Source of the DNA: Eledone cirrhosa
Taxonomy: Eukaryota
Length of the DNA: 64,000 nucleotides
NCBI GenBank assembly: GCA_964016885.1
Contig: OZ024741.1
Span: 201,810,001 to 201,874,000, forward strand
Direction: 5' to 3'
Each line of letters begins with the position of its first letter. The stretch's first letter is position 1. This document shows positions 1 through 11,344 of this stretch, one piece after another. The notes beneath the pieces are model-generated. The model was given only the letters and a program-made list of their open reading frames with translations, ran no database searches and had not been told where the DNA came from. Made by a program: the position numbers and the translations under genes.

Positions 1-404
<404 letters not shown>

Positions 405-510
405 ATAATAATAAATTTGAAGACTAAAATCCAAATAGGGCTCGATAAGGTTTCAGAAGATCCCGTTAAGGGTGAAAGCAGCGATTTTTTGCTTAAACTT
501 TAATCTGTTA

Positions 511-587
<77 letters not shown>

Positions 588-619
588 AGAACAAAAGATG
601 GTTAAAAGAGTTCCATATA

Positions 620-686
620 TTTTATTATGCGCATTTCAAAAACAAATATCATCATGCAATAATATTTGTGTTTTCATCAGATAAAA
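620..686 (-). ncRNA. Type I hammerhead ribozyme (Penelope pLTR type)
   Basis: Minus strand: TTTTAT-CTGATGA-stem II (AAA C ACAAATAT...ATATTTGT T TTT)-GAA-ATGCGCAT (palindromic stem III)-A^-ATAAAA; predicted AUA cleavage. Confidence 0.8.
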
Positions 687-996
687 AGGAAGACATGATA
701 TGAAGGTTAAAAAACACTTGTGGATAGTGCAGTTTTAAATCAACATATCAGTTTTAAATCAACATATCTATTTATATATTATATTTTTTTTCTCTCTCTC
801 TCCTTTTCTTTCTCTCCCCTCTCTCTCTCTGTTTTTTCTTTACCTCCGTTTCTTTTTTCTCTCCGTCTTTTTTCTAAATGTGCTTAACACTATAGCTAAA
901 TAATTATAAACACATCAATATCCAGACAGCTTCCTAATATAACGGTCGCTTATAATATGGTACGTCAAAATTATTTATAAAACTGTTTATATATTG

Positions 997-1062
997 TATT
1001 TTATCTGACGAAGGCATGCCATATTTTTAATATGGTATCCCTGAAATATGTATAATGAAATA
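997..1062 (+). ncRNA. Type I hammerhead ribozyme (Penelope pLTR type)
   Basis: TATTTTAT-CTGACGA-AGG C ATGCCATATT ttt AATATGGTAT C CCT-GAA-ATATGTAT-A^-ATGAAATA; 8-bp stem I, self-complementary stem III. Confidence 0.85.
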
Positions 1063-1206
1063 AATATGGTTTTATAAATATAGTTTCCATTTGTTTAATA
1101 TCGTATATATATATATATTCCCCACCACCACCCCACTCTCCAGAGCTTGAAATTAATAAACATTGGTTGTACTGCCTCTCTGTTTTGTTCCTGTTCAAAT
1201 TTTTCC

Positions 1207-1251
<45 letters not shown>

Positions 1252-1712
1252 TAATATATATATTAGTCAATGAGTAGTCTCCCTTAGAGTAAAAGGTCTT
1301 GGTAGTATCGTTAGAACGTCGGTCCCAAAATGTTTTCTAACCATTTAATTACGTACAATTCTATTCCGAGTTCATATCCCCCGCGAGATGAACTTTGCAT
1401 TTCCTCCTTCCTGGGATTCAATATAATTGCTGGTATGGTGCCTATATTATGTTACGTTCCACCACCCAATCGTTGTCTTGTTAATGTGACAACATACATC
1501 ACATACGATTCTATAATCCAATGGCCGATAACTGATCAATACTTTAGTGAATTGTTGCACTTGTTAACTTATTTATGTCTAGTGATAGATCACATTATGT
1601 GTATATTGGCTATAAAATTGCATGGAGACTATTATATATATAAGGCTTCAAGAACATCGTTTTTGTCTGTTCTCTCGTCTTGGATTGCCTCGAGAACGTA
1701 ACGTTATTAAGT

Positions 1713-1791
1713 AAGCTGTCTGATGAGATCATGGCACTGGTTATGCAGAATCGCGTAGTCACTGTCATCACTGAAATATGTATCACAGCCT
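1713..1791 (+). ncRNA. Type I hammerhead ribozyme, long stem II
   Basis: GCTGT-CTGATGA-long stem II (ATGGCA/TGTCAT, TGGTTATGC/GCGTAGTCA)-GAA-ATATGTAT-C^-ACAGC. Confidence 0.72.
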
Positions 1792-1848
1792 CATGAATAA
1801 AGGACTTTAACATCTGAAACTAATTTGCATTTTCTTATTCTATATATC

Positions 1849-2190
1849 ATCATCATCGTTTGACGTCTATCTTCCACGCTAGCATGGGTTAGACAGGAAT
1901 TGTCCCACTTGAGGCAAGATTGATCGGGTGACTGTGTCTCGCTCGTATATCTGGCAGGTTTTCTTTCTAATCCTAACCACATTTACAGTGTGGACTGGGA
2001 GCCTTTTTACCGTGTTTCCTACACGGCCACTATACAGCAAGCTTTTTTGTCGTGACACCTACACAACCTCTTTAGTTTGGACTGAATGTTCTGTGGTACC
2101 AATATAACTTTACAGAGAAAGGGTGATGTTGGTGGAGTGGGAGGATGGAGTAGGGGTAGTGAGTTGGATTGTATATTTGGTTAAGAGGTG
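1849..2190 (-). mobile_element. RTE-type 3' UTR fragment / RTE-tailed SINE
   Basis: (ATC)n tail on the plus strand; reverse-complement similarity to the RTE 3' UTR at 17650-18049. Confidence 0.7.
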
Positions 2191-2219
2191 CCTACTGACT
2201 TTAGGTTTAACTTTGTACG

Positions 2220-2250
<31 letters not shown>

Positions 2251-2740
2251 CCTGGGTTCAATCGGGGGTAACCACAGTAGGTAAAGTACTCAATATATAG
2301 TAGAGTAATTATTTAAAAAAAAGTTTTATAATGTATATAAAGTATATAAAGTATTACCGGTTTCGATGTATTATTAAAATCCATATCAAATGTTGAGTAT
2401 TGAAATAAAAAATTAAAAAGAATTAATAGGAGTTAAAAACTAAAAATTAAAGATTTAAAATTAAAATCAAATGTTGGAGTAAGTTTTTTTCCCATCTTTC
2501 TTGCTCAAAATTTGGCTGGAGAATAAGTTCTTGTTAATAGAGAGAGGTGGTAGTGAAGATTGCAGAAACTATGTTTCTTCACAGAACAAAGTTGTTATTT
2601 TGGGGCAAAAGAAACATCCTGTAAATATGTGTGTGTATATCTGATTGTGTTAATTGACTGGTCAAGAGTTCAAAAGGGGATAGGGAATTGCAAGCTAGAG
2701 GTAAATTCTATGGCAGCAGCAGTAGTGTAAGAGAAATTCT

Positions 2741-2815
<75 letters not shown>

Positions 2816-3056
2816 GTGTGTGTGTGTGTGTGTATTTCTATATATATATATATTTGTCTATCTATCTATCTATCTATCTATCTTGAGGACTTTGTTATAA
2901 ATTTCATTTTTTGTTATATTTTATTTTATTTTCATATATTGTTATTGCCTCCTTCTTATTGAGGACGCCTTGTTTTGTAAACTCCCCCATTGTACTTGTC
3001 CCACTTTTGATGCCCTGGTGGCAAATAAAAGAAACATATCTATCTATCTATCTATT

Positions 3057-3119
<63 letters not shown>

Positions 3120-3140
3120 GGTTACACAACAGTTAGTTCA

Positions 3141-3190
3141 CCATACCGAGAACAATTGTTTCACCTTAGCGGATCCTCAGCTCGTAATGG
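3141..3190 (-). ncRNA. Minimal type I hammerhead ribozyme
   Basis: Minus strand: CCATTACGAG-CTGAGGA-TCCGCTAAGGT-GAA-ACAATTGT (palindrome)-T^-CTCGGTATGG. Confidence 0.72.
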
Positions 3191-3423
3191 GCATGGTTAT
3201 ACGGAACAGGAAGGACAACCGGACGAACGCGCATGCGCAGAAACCCGTCATTTCACACAGGCAATACTAAAATGCGTGCGAGAGGTGTAAGGGAGATAAC
3301 TGCGAAAGTCCGAAAAGTTTTTAGTTGATAAGAAAAAATATTGATGTTGTTACAATAATTCATTCAATCCGGAGCCTTGTAGTTATGCAATAGGTGTTTC
3401 GAGACGTGTGGACAACGTGTGAA

Positions 3424-3491
3424 AAATTCATTTCTCGTGTTTAGGCAATCACTATTGCAATAGTGATTGCCTAAACACGAGAAATGAATTT
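3424..3491. repeat. Perfect 68-bp palindrome
   Basis: aaattcatttctcgtgtttaggcaatcactattg|caatagtgattgcctaaacacgagaaatgaattt; also at 60971-61038. Confidence 0.95.
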
Positions 3492-3515
3492 ATGTTGTGG
3501 TAGCGGTGTTGTGGT

Positions 3516-5710
3516 GAGAGTTACTATGCATCTATTACCTTACCGCTCCTTACGGCCGCTTTGGACTTTGCCAAAACACTCACACCCATCACCGACCAGG
3601 AGAGAAATATAATTCTCCATGCCAGGAAGGCAGTCCTACTTTTCGACAACTCCAAGTGGATAAAGAGAGCTCTCGACCCCCCCCCCCCCCTTCGACGTCA
3701 GTATGGGCGCGACCGATTCGGCCGAGGTCACCGATCTTATAGGATTATTCCTACTATTTAAACTCATCAAAATGTTTCCTGCATTCAGTGGTGGATTGTA
3801 CCGAGACGATGGGCTCCTTACCCTCAAAGGGTACAACCCCAGTAGTACAGACCGAGTCCGTAAACAACTAATCAACTTCTTCCGGGACTGGGGATTTAAA
3901 ATCACCCTACAAACGTCCCTAACCCCAGGCAATTTCCTGGACGTTACACTCATCCTTGAAAATGATCTGTACTACCCATACAGGAAACCAAACGACAACC
4001 TGCACTACATCCACCGCCGCTTTAACCATCCTAGAAGCATCACCAATAACCTGGTTAAAAACATCTCCTTCCGCATATCTCATTTGTCCGCTAATGAGCA
4101 GATATTCGACGAACATGCGCTTCATTACAACCAGGCCCTCAAGCGAAGCGGCTTCCAGGAGGAAATATCCTTTTATCCAGCTTCCCTTAGTGGAACCAGC
4201 ATGCGACGCCGCCGCTCACGCCACATAACGTGGTTCAACCCTCCCCCACAATGCCGAGGTGGCAACACCTATCGGGAAAATCTTCTTTAGGCTCCTCGAA
4301 ACACTTCCCATCACAACACCGCTACCACAACATAATCAACAAAAACACTATCAAACACTCCTACAGCACCACACCCAACTTCACACAAAACAACGTGTCT
4401 TCAAACAACAAAAAACTCAACCCCTATGGAAGAAACAACCTAGACATTAGTGGAGAGCCGACCAGGAGGTGTAACTGCCCTGGTAGATCTACGTGCCCCC
4501 TCAACAACAGATGCTGAGAACGTAACGTGATTTACCAGTGAAAGGTGAGGATGGACACCTCCAACAAAGCTTATATAGGATTAACCGCTTGTGACTTTAA
4601 GACCCGGCTCTACCAACACCAACATACGTTCAGAAACCCGGTCCAGTGACATGCCACTACACTTTCGGGCTACATCTGGGACCTCCAAGATAATAAAATA
4701 ACATACAATCTTACTTGGAGCTTACTGTCCAGGGCTAACTCATACACGGGAGGACGCCATCCGTGTAACTTATGCTCATAGGAAACATTACAAATGCTGT
4801 TTACGAAGGACCAACTCCTAAACAAAAAAGACGAACTGGTAACTGCATGCAAACACCGATTGCATAGGACTTACCTCACCCTCAAACCCCCTAACGACCC
4901 GGGTGAGTAGACAATGGCTGAAACATCCCACTTGCCGAATAAGATAGGGGAAACCCCAGCTTACATAGGTAGATGTTCCTCTTTTCTTTTCCTCTCTGTT
5001 TTCTTCTTCCCTTTGCCTCCTCCTATCAGAGATTTTGTATTACTTTTTGCTACCCAATTCTATAATTTCAAAAATTCTTACTTAGTATCTCCTATTCTCA
5101 ACTTATTAACCAATTCTATAGAAGTGGCCGAAAAAGCAACACCAACTAAATATAGCAGCTGTTTTAGACTTCACAGTTTTTGTTTTTTATCACTTCTTAC
5201 TATCCAATTTTATATTTTTATATATCTTTCGTTTATTTTTTTATTGTCTCCAAATCTCAATTGATTTACCTATTCTATAACGTCCCTCCTCTATTTTCTC
5301 CAGAACCCTTTTCGCCTACTTCCTCTGACCTACTTTCATACACAATCCTTAGGTTTGACTGTATAGATTTCACTTTCAACACTTGACCGGCTCCACCCAC
5401 TCCCTCATTACTCTACAGGCAAGTTCAGCCACCCCCACCACCCACCCACTGCCATGATAGACTTAACTGTGTTTACAAGAAATCTTGACCAATCCTCTTG
5501 ACAACTACAATCTTCCCATATAAGGAAGTACCCCTTGAAAAGTTTGGCTATTTATATACCAGACTAAAAATTCTAATTTAGTTCAGAAATAGCCGTCGAA
5601 ACGGCTTGAGCTGTGCCGTCGGGGTCATACATTTTCCTATTACCCACTCTACAACCCTAAGTATTGAGTACTCTGGTACGTTATGTCCATCTGGTTCCTT
5701 ACCACAACTC
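3516..5710 (+). mobile_element. Penelope-like retroelement, 5'-truncated and frameshifted (RT, GIY-YIG, pLTR)
   Basis: RT motifs MGATDSAEVTDLIG, LYRDDGL, FLDVTL, WFNPP; GIY-YIG region VIYQ..AYIGLT..FKTRLYQH with stops; 3' pLTR carries a hammerhead. Confidence 0.92.
5530..5625 (+). ncRNA. Type I hammerhead ribozyme, U3-A8 core variant
   Basis: ACCCC-TTGAAAA-stem II (GGCTATTT/AAATAGCC)-GAA-ACGGC(loop)GCCGT-C^-GGGGT at the 3' end of the Penelope element. Confidence 0.7.
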
Positions 5711-5715
5711 CTTCG

Positions 5716-5757
<42 letters not shown>

Positions 5758-5968
5758 ACACTTACATATACACATATAGTCACACATATATATACACATA
5801 TATATACATATATATACACATATATATACACACATATATACACACATATATATACACATATATATACACATATATATACACACACATATAGTCATACAAT
5901 AACAGTAATAACAGCAACAATAATATCAGCAACAGTAACAACAACAATTGTAATAATTCTGAAAATAT

Positions 5969-8900
5969 TTATCTCTCATAATGAATAAAACCAAAATGTT
6001 GATTTGTTGCAATATGTCCAAAAATTTTGATATTTTTTTCAGAAAGTAGGAGACCATTAACACGGTAGACTTCAATATCTTTATCACTGAGGATTAATTG
6101 TAAGTTACTGTCTACAGATACTTGGTAAATATTGTTAGTGTCATCTCCTGATGATATTTTGCTTCTTGTTGTTGATATATAAATATTTTCACCATGTGTT
6201 GTGAGATAAGATATGTTATATATATCATATATTGGTGGTGGTATTTCTAATCTCCTGACCAACTGTTGTTTTCTGTACCAATTGATATAACGGTACCATC
6301 TCCCCATTATTGCCTCTAATGTGACAACAACAATGTGTTCATTTGATGTGACACCAATTGCTGAGACTGCCTCCATCTCCATCTTCTCCATCTCATTTTC
6401 TCTAAAACACACTTCAACACTGTATTTCACTCTTCCACTATACATATAAACTATATCTACACAAGGTACTCCAGGGTTATATTTAAAAATATCACTATCA
6501 TCACCATCACCATATAACTCACAGTTATATTCAAACATATTTCTAACACCACTATAACTACACACAAGTTTGTTGTCATTCTTTTTACAAATCATGTTGT
6601 AGTACTTTTTAAGTTGGATAGTTTTAATGTAAGAAATATTTTTTCTGTAAATCACAAGTTTATGACAGTAAAGGAGAATAAAACAATTATCTGACCATCT
6701 GCAAATGTCTATTGGTGTTTCTGGTAATATTTTCCCATGGATTATTTCACCTTCTGTTGTTGTTACTGTGAGAATATTTCTCAACATGAACACTGCTACA
6801 TTGTCATGTAACATAATTAGTTTACTGTAGTAGATGATGTCCCTCCTATATTCCTTAGAATATTCAGTCTCATCAACCTTACATCTCTCAGTATATTTAG
6901 ATATATCAGGATATGTAGGATAGGAAAGAGGAAACAATGTTATTCTATGGGGCAGAAACGTCACTGATATTTCATCATTTCCTAACATACACTTTGCCTT
7001 GTAATTACCACGTCTCACCAGTAAAGTGTTAATCATTTCACCTGATGGAGTAATATATCTTGCTTGATTATCAGTTATAATGGCAGGGAGCAGCAGATGA
7101 GAATTCACATTTAATGTCTCATGTTTCAGAACATTCAATTTGTTGCCATCAACCTGTATGATATGATATTCTGTCAAGTTGATATGTTGACAGAAGTAAA
7201 TATTTTCTTTTATCCTCGATATAACACCATAAGGTAAAGAACTGGACCAAACTTCATATTCTGTCAAATCTTCCTTCTTTAGTTGCATTATTTGATATTC
7301 ATTAGGAAGTGTAACCATAATAAATCCTCCTTCTTCTGTAAAACAGACTCCACCAACTAAAGTTTCAACATTTCTGTGACATAACAGTTCCCCATCTCTC
7401 TGAAATATTTTAACATTACCATAATTGGTTATTTCACACACAACTGTTTGTCCATCATCAGAGATGTCCATATCTTTTATTTTAACAGAGCTTTGGTCTG
7501 TTTTTACACGACAAACAGGGAACATTTCCCTATTAAGTTCATATAAACCTTCAACATACAAACACTTTGTATTCCAGTCATATCCAATGAACCTTGGACC
7601 TTTAGTGTTAATACTGGTGAAACATATGTCACCCCTATAAGGGGTTTTATTTAAAAATACATCCCTGTATTTACCAGTCTGTGACAAACAAACAATCTGT
7701 TTATTATTGTCACCAAAGTCGTTATATAATCCCCACTGTCCATAAATGTACAAATAATTGTCATTTGTTGTTATACAGGTGTTTGGTGGTATGTCCTCAT
7801 AATATTGTCTGTGTGAATGTAAATAATCAGTTTTACAGCTGAAGAAAGTGATATATCTACCATTGTAAAATATAATCTCATTCTTAACATTAACTACAAT
7901 ATCAGAGGTGAGATTATTATCATACATATGAAATTGTACGTCTTTGATGAACTTAGGTATGTTTATTTCTTTCTTTACTACCACAGTGGAATGTATTTCA
8001 TCAATATCAATGACAAACAATCTATGTCTACCCATATATCTATCTCTATCTCTATCTACACAACTACACACTAGTTGATTGTCTAACAAAGAAGCTATAC
8101 CATAATAGCTATGGTCTGTCTTATAAGTTACCAAATACAATGGAAACTCCACTTCTAAAGTTAACAGCTTGTCTGTATCAGTGGTAATGACCAGTGTGTT
8201 TGACCCCCAACGACATATATGTTTAGGGAGATTGTCATTTAATTTGATAAAGTCAACAAGTTGACCATCAAATGTTAATATTTTGATGTTGTTATTATTC
8301 CTGTCATATAATGCAATCAGGTTATTTTCAGTAATAACAACCAAACACTTCTCCTCACTATAATAACCTTCCAAACAAGGCGGTGAAAATATCTTAGCTT
8401 TATCAGAAACTGTCAGATCCTGCAGATATAATGTAGAAGAAAACATTTCACTGACACAGATGTTTCTAGAAAATACATCTACCATGTCAATAAACATGTT
8501 AGACTGTTTCTTTGTCACCAGATATACCATCACAGAGTTATGCTTATTTATAGCCAACACACCATCTTTGTCTATCAGATAATGACAAGTTTTATCAATA
8601 CATCCACCATATAGATCAGAAAGTGGTAAAATAAGGCTGAAATCCCTTGAAATACCTCGTTGACCCTTTTTTGATATAGTTTTGTACATAAATATATTTT
8701 TCTTAGCCACCATAAATATATTTAATGTATCATTGTCTATTGCTAATGACTTTATTTGACATGGGATAGGGACCCTAGAAATTACTTCACCCAGGTTATG
8801 TTTTTGAACAGATACAATGTCTATATAGTTTGGTTTGTTGTCACAATAACCAACAATTCTACCTTCACCAAACTTCCGTATCTGTACATAAGGGTGGTTT

Positions 8901-10996
8901 AATGATATAATTCTAACTGTTTTTGATAGGTTTCCAATAAGCCTTAATTCTTTCTCTAGGGGTAATGTGACAGCCAATTGACTAGAACCCCATCTACATA
9001 TATCTGTAGCTACAGATGGCAGATATAATGTAGATAGCACTTTTATTTCTTCTCCTTCTTTCTTAGAAATGTATAATAAGCAAGAATTATTTATGTCAGA
9101 CACCACCAACTGTCCGTTGGGTAGATAACATATTTCAGCAATCGCAATTTTATTATCATCCTTTTCTTTGTGTCGTATCGTTGGATTTCTGATATAAGGA
9201 TTTAACTTTTTTAAATGACAAATGGATGATTCACAGTTATAAACAAGAATACTCCCTAGTTTATAGTCAAATAAATATATAGTTCCTTCACAAATACCAT
9301 TACGAAAGCGAGAAGCTACCGGAAGTTTTAATTTCCATTTATATTCTCCATAAATATCATAACATGCCATAATAGAGAGTGTAGGGAAGATAACATACAA
9401 GTAAAAACTGTCTGAGTAGATATGATAGGGACGGCTGTTAAAATCAAAATATGTTTCAAAAAGTTCTTCTTCGCCGAAACTAGAATGAAATATTAATTTA
9501 CGATACTTCTTATCTAAAATAACAAAATAAATTGTAGTTGTAGCTATACTGACATCACCATGTTCTAATGATTTTAGTTTTTCATATTCTACCTTGTTTT
9601 CCTCAATCTTTAATTTATGGAGCTCATTCATTCCACAAGTGGTCAAAGCCATAAACCTATCTAATACCACATGACATATTTGAATGTAATTCTTTTTTAA
9701 AGAAAAGAGTTTACCTTTTTTTAGTTCAGGACATGTAATATATTGTATATTTTGTATATTTCTAGTTTTATTGAATAGAACCAGAAATTTGCTGGAGTCT
9801 ATTCTGCAAAATCTAGATGGTTGGGAATTAAATGTTAATTCCTCACCTTTACAAAATTCTGTCCCTCTGTAAGTGTATAATGTCCCACTGTAAGTGTATA
9901 ATGGGTTTAGATTCCTATATACAACTAATACAGAAGATTGTGACATAGGCAGAATCTTATCTATGTTGTTGAGATATTCTATATAAATTTGATCATTCAG
10001 ACAGGGTGTTGGAATCTTTTGAAAATAAGACATCTTTGGCCAAAATTTTTTTGTCTTAAAACTATGTATCTGACCAGAAACGTCAGATACTAACATGCTA
10101 TTTCTGTCAAACCAAGCATATCGAACATTTATCCCAATATCTTTTTGAGACACACCACCTATTGAGGAGACCTTATAAATAACATGTCCTTGAAAGACAT
10201 AAAAATAATTCCGGAACACAGTGATGCCAGCAGGAATGTCTATAGAATGGAGGTGAAATTGAAATAATTTATGACCATTCAGATCATAACAAATGATAAA
10301 AGTAAAATTATAAAATATTACTAAAACACGATCTTCTGGTCCTATAGCTATATCTCTAGGATTATGTTTCACCTCAAATTGCTTAATATATGTATTATCA
10401 ACCCAATTTACCATATAGATTGTTTTTTCTAATAGTTTAATACCTATGAAATTACTACCCTTAAAATATGAAATTTTATGAAAACCATATTCAAGAGTTT
10501 TTATTTCAACACTAGAGGGCGAGAAGAATAAAATTTGGTTTCGAAATGGTAATGTGGCAATTACCGTATTTTGCTTAAACCTATCAATATCAGTGACCAC
10601 TGATGAAAAGTGTACCATACAACAAGGACCAGTTGGTGGTGTATATTTTAATGTCAATATTCGAGGGATATAGGACATGGTACCATTGTTTATAGGAATA
10701 ATAAATGTTACCGGCAAAGCGATATCATCTACAAGGTCTACATTATTATCTATTTTAGGGTTTCCATTTTGTAAAGTAGGAACATGTATATTCTGCTTTT
10801 GTAGATCAATTTCTTTTTCTAATTCTACATTACTAAAAATGTCCACTCCCATACTAGGAATATTAACTGAACATTGACACATTTTCACTATCGTAGATTC
10901 AATACTACTAACTTCAATTTCAGTCACTGGAAGTAACTTTTCATCCCCTCCATGTACTGTTTCTATTTCTACTATACTTATCTTGGTATCCTCCAT
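5969..10996 (-). CDS. 1675-aa uncharacterised protein with about six tandem NHL/TRIM-like beta-propeller units
   Basis: Uninterrupted 5028-bp ORF in AT-rich DNA. A blade motif recurs at about aa 133 VTDIDRF..IATLP, 392 PSRFCRI, 662 ATDICRW..VTLP, 923 PKHICRW, 1213 VGGVCF..VTLP and 1427 PIDICRW; NHL-like PRDIAIGPEDRVLV and PAGITV. Upstream exons cannot be excluded. Confidence 0.85.
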   Translation of the reverse strand: MEDTKISIVEIETVHGGDEKLLPVTEIEVSSIESTIVKMCQCSVNIPSMGVDIFSNVELEKEIDLQKQNIHVPTLQNGNPKIDNNVDLVDDIALPVTFIIPINNGTMSYIPRILTLKYTPPTGPCCMVHFSSVVTDIDRFKQNTVIATLPFRNQILFFSPSSVEIKTLEYGFHKISYFKGSNFIGIKLLEKTIYMVNWVDNTYIKQFEVKHNPRDIAIGPEDRVLVIFYNFTFIICYDLNGHKLFQFHLHSIDIPAGITVFRNYFYVFQGHVIYKVSSIGGVSQKDIGINVRYAWFDRNSMLVSDVSGQIHSFKTKKFWPKMSYFQKIPTPCLNDQIYIEYLNNIDKILPMSQSSVLVVYRNLNPLYTYSGTLYTYRGTEFCKGEELTFNSQPSRFCRIDSSKFLVLFNKTRNIQNIQYITCPELKKGKLFSLKKNYIQICHVVLDRFMALTTCGMNELHKLKIEENKVEYEKLKSLEHGDVSIATTTIYFVILDKKYRKLIFHSSFGEEELFETYFDFNSRPYHIYSDSFYLYVIFPTLSIMACYDIYGEYKWKLKLPVASRFRNGICEGTIYLFDYKLGSILVYNCESSICHLKKLNPYIRNPTIRHKEKDDNKIAIAEICYLPNGQLVVSDINNSCLLYISKKEGEEIKVLSTLYLPSVATDICRWGSSQLAVTLPLEKELRLIGNLSKTVRIISLNHPYVQIRKFGEGRIVGYCDNKPNYIDIVSVQKHNLGEVISRVPIPCQIKSLAIDNDTLNIFMVAKKNIFMYKTISKKGQRGISRDFSLILPLSDLYGGCIDKTCHYLIDKDGVLAINKHNSVMVYLVTKKQSNMFIDMVDVFSRNICVSEMFSSTLYLQDLTVSDKAKIFSPPCLEGYYSEEKCLVVITENNLIALYDRNNNNIKILTFDGQLVDFIKLNDNLPKHICRWGSNTLVITTDTDKLLTLEVEFPLYLVTYKTDHSYYGIASLLDNQLVCSCVDRDRDRYMGRHRLFVIDIDEIHSTVVVKKEINIPKFIKDVQFHMYDNNLTSDIVVNVKNEIIFYNGRYITFFSCKTDYLHSHRQYYEDIPPNTCITTNDNYLYIYGQWGLYNDFGDNNKQIVCLSQTGKYRDVFLNKTPYRGDICFTSINTKGPRFIGYDWNTKCLYVEGLYELNREMFPVCRVKTDQSSVKIKDMDISDDGQTVVCEITNYGNVKIFQRDGELLCHRNVETLVGGVCFTEEGGFIMVTLPNEYQIMQLKKEDLTEYEVWSSSLPYGVISRIKENIYFCQHINLTEYHIIQVDGNKLNVLKHETLNVNSHLLLPAIITDNQARYITPSGEMINTLLVRRGNYKAKCMLGNDEISVTFLPHRITLFPLSYPTYPDISKYTERCKVDETEYSKEYRRDIIYYSKLIMLHDNVAVFMLRNILTVTTTEGEIIHGKILPETPIDICRWSDNCFILLYCHKLVIYRKNISYIKTIQLKKYYNMICKKNDNKLVCSYSGVRNMFEYNCELYGDGDDSDIFKYNPGVPCVDIVYMYSGRVKYSVEVCFRENEMEKMEMEAVSAIGVTSNEHIVVVTLEAIMGRWYRYINWYRKQQLVRRLEIPPPIYDIYNISYLTTHGENIYISTTRSKISSGDDTNNIYQVSVDSNLQLILSDKDIEVYRVNGLLLSEKNIKIFGHIATNQHFGFIHYER

Positions 10997-11304
10997 TGTT
11001 TATATCTAGTTACTACAACTGCTTATATATCATATAATATAATGAAAATTATTGTCTACAGCGCTCAGGTCCACTACAATATATGTATGTGTGTGTGTGT
11101 GTTTTGGTGTGTAATGAGTGACGTGTATGTTGGTAACTAATGAGCTTCAATTCCAATTTTCAAGATTTCAAGTTTTCCAGATCAGTTTACCAATTTCCTA
11201 CCAAATCTAAAATGAAATAAAGGGAAAAGAAACATTGATTAGTTTTGTGAAAATATTAGTTTTTCAAGAGAATATCTTTTGTATGTATGTATGTATGGTC
11301 CAAT

Positions 11305-11343
<39 letters not shown>

Positions 11344-11344
11344 C

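Noticed and set aside
448-490. Hammerhead-like motifs at about 450, 13614, 20808, 21600 and 31820
   Set aside because: Core or stems are broken (CAGAAGA, CCGAAGA, ATGATGA) or truncated; not called as ribozymes.
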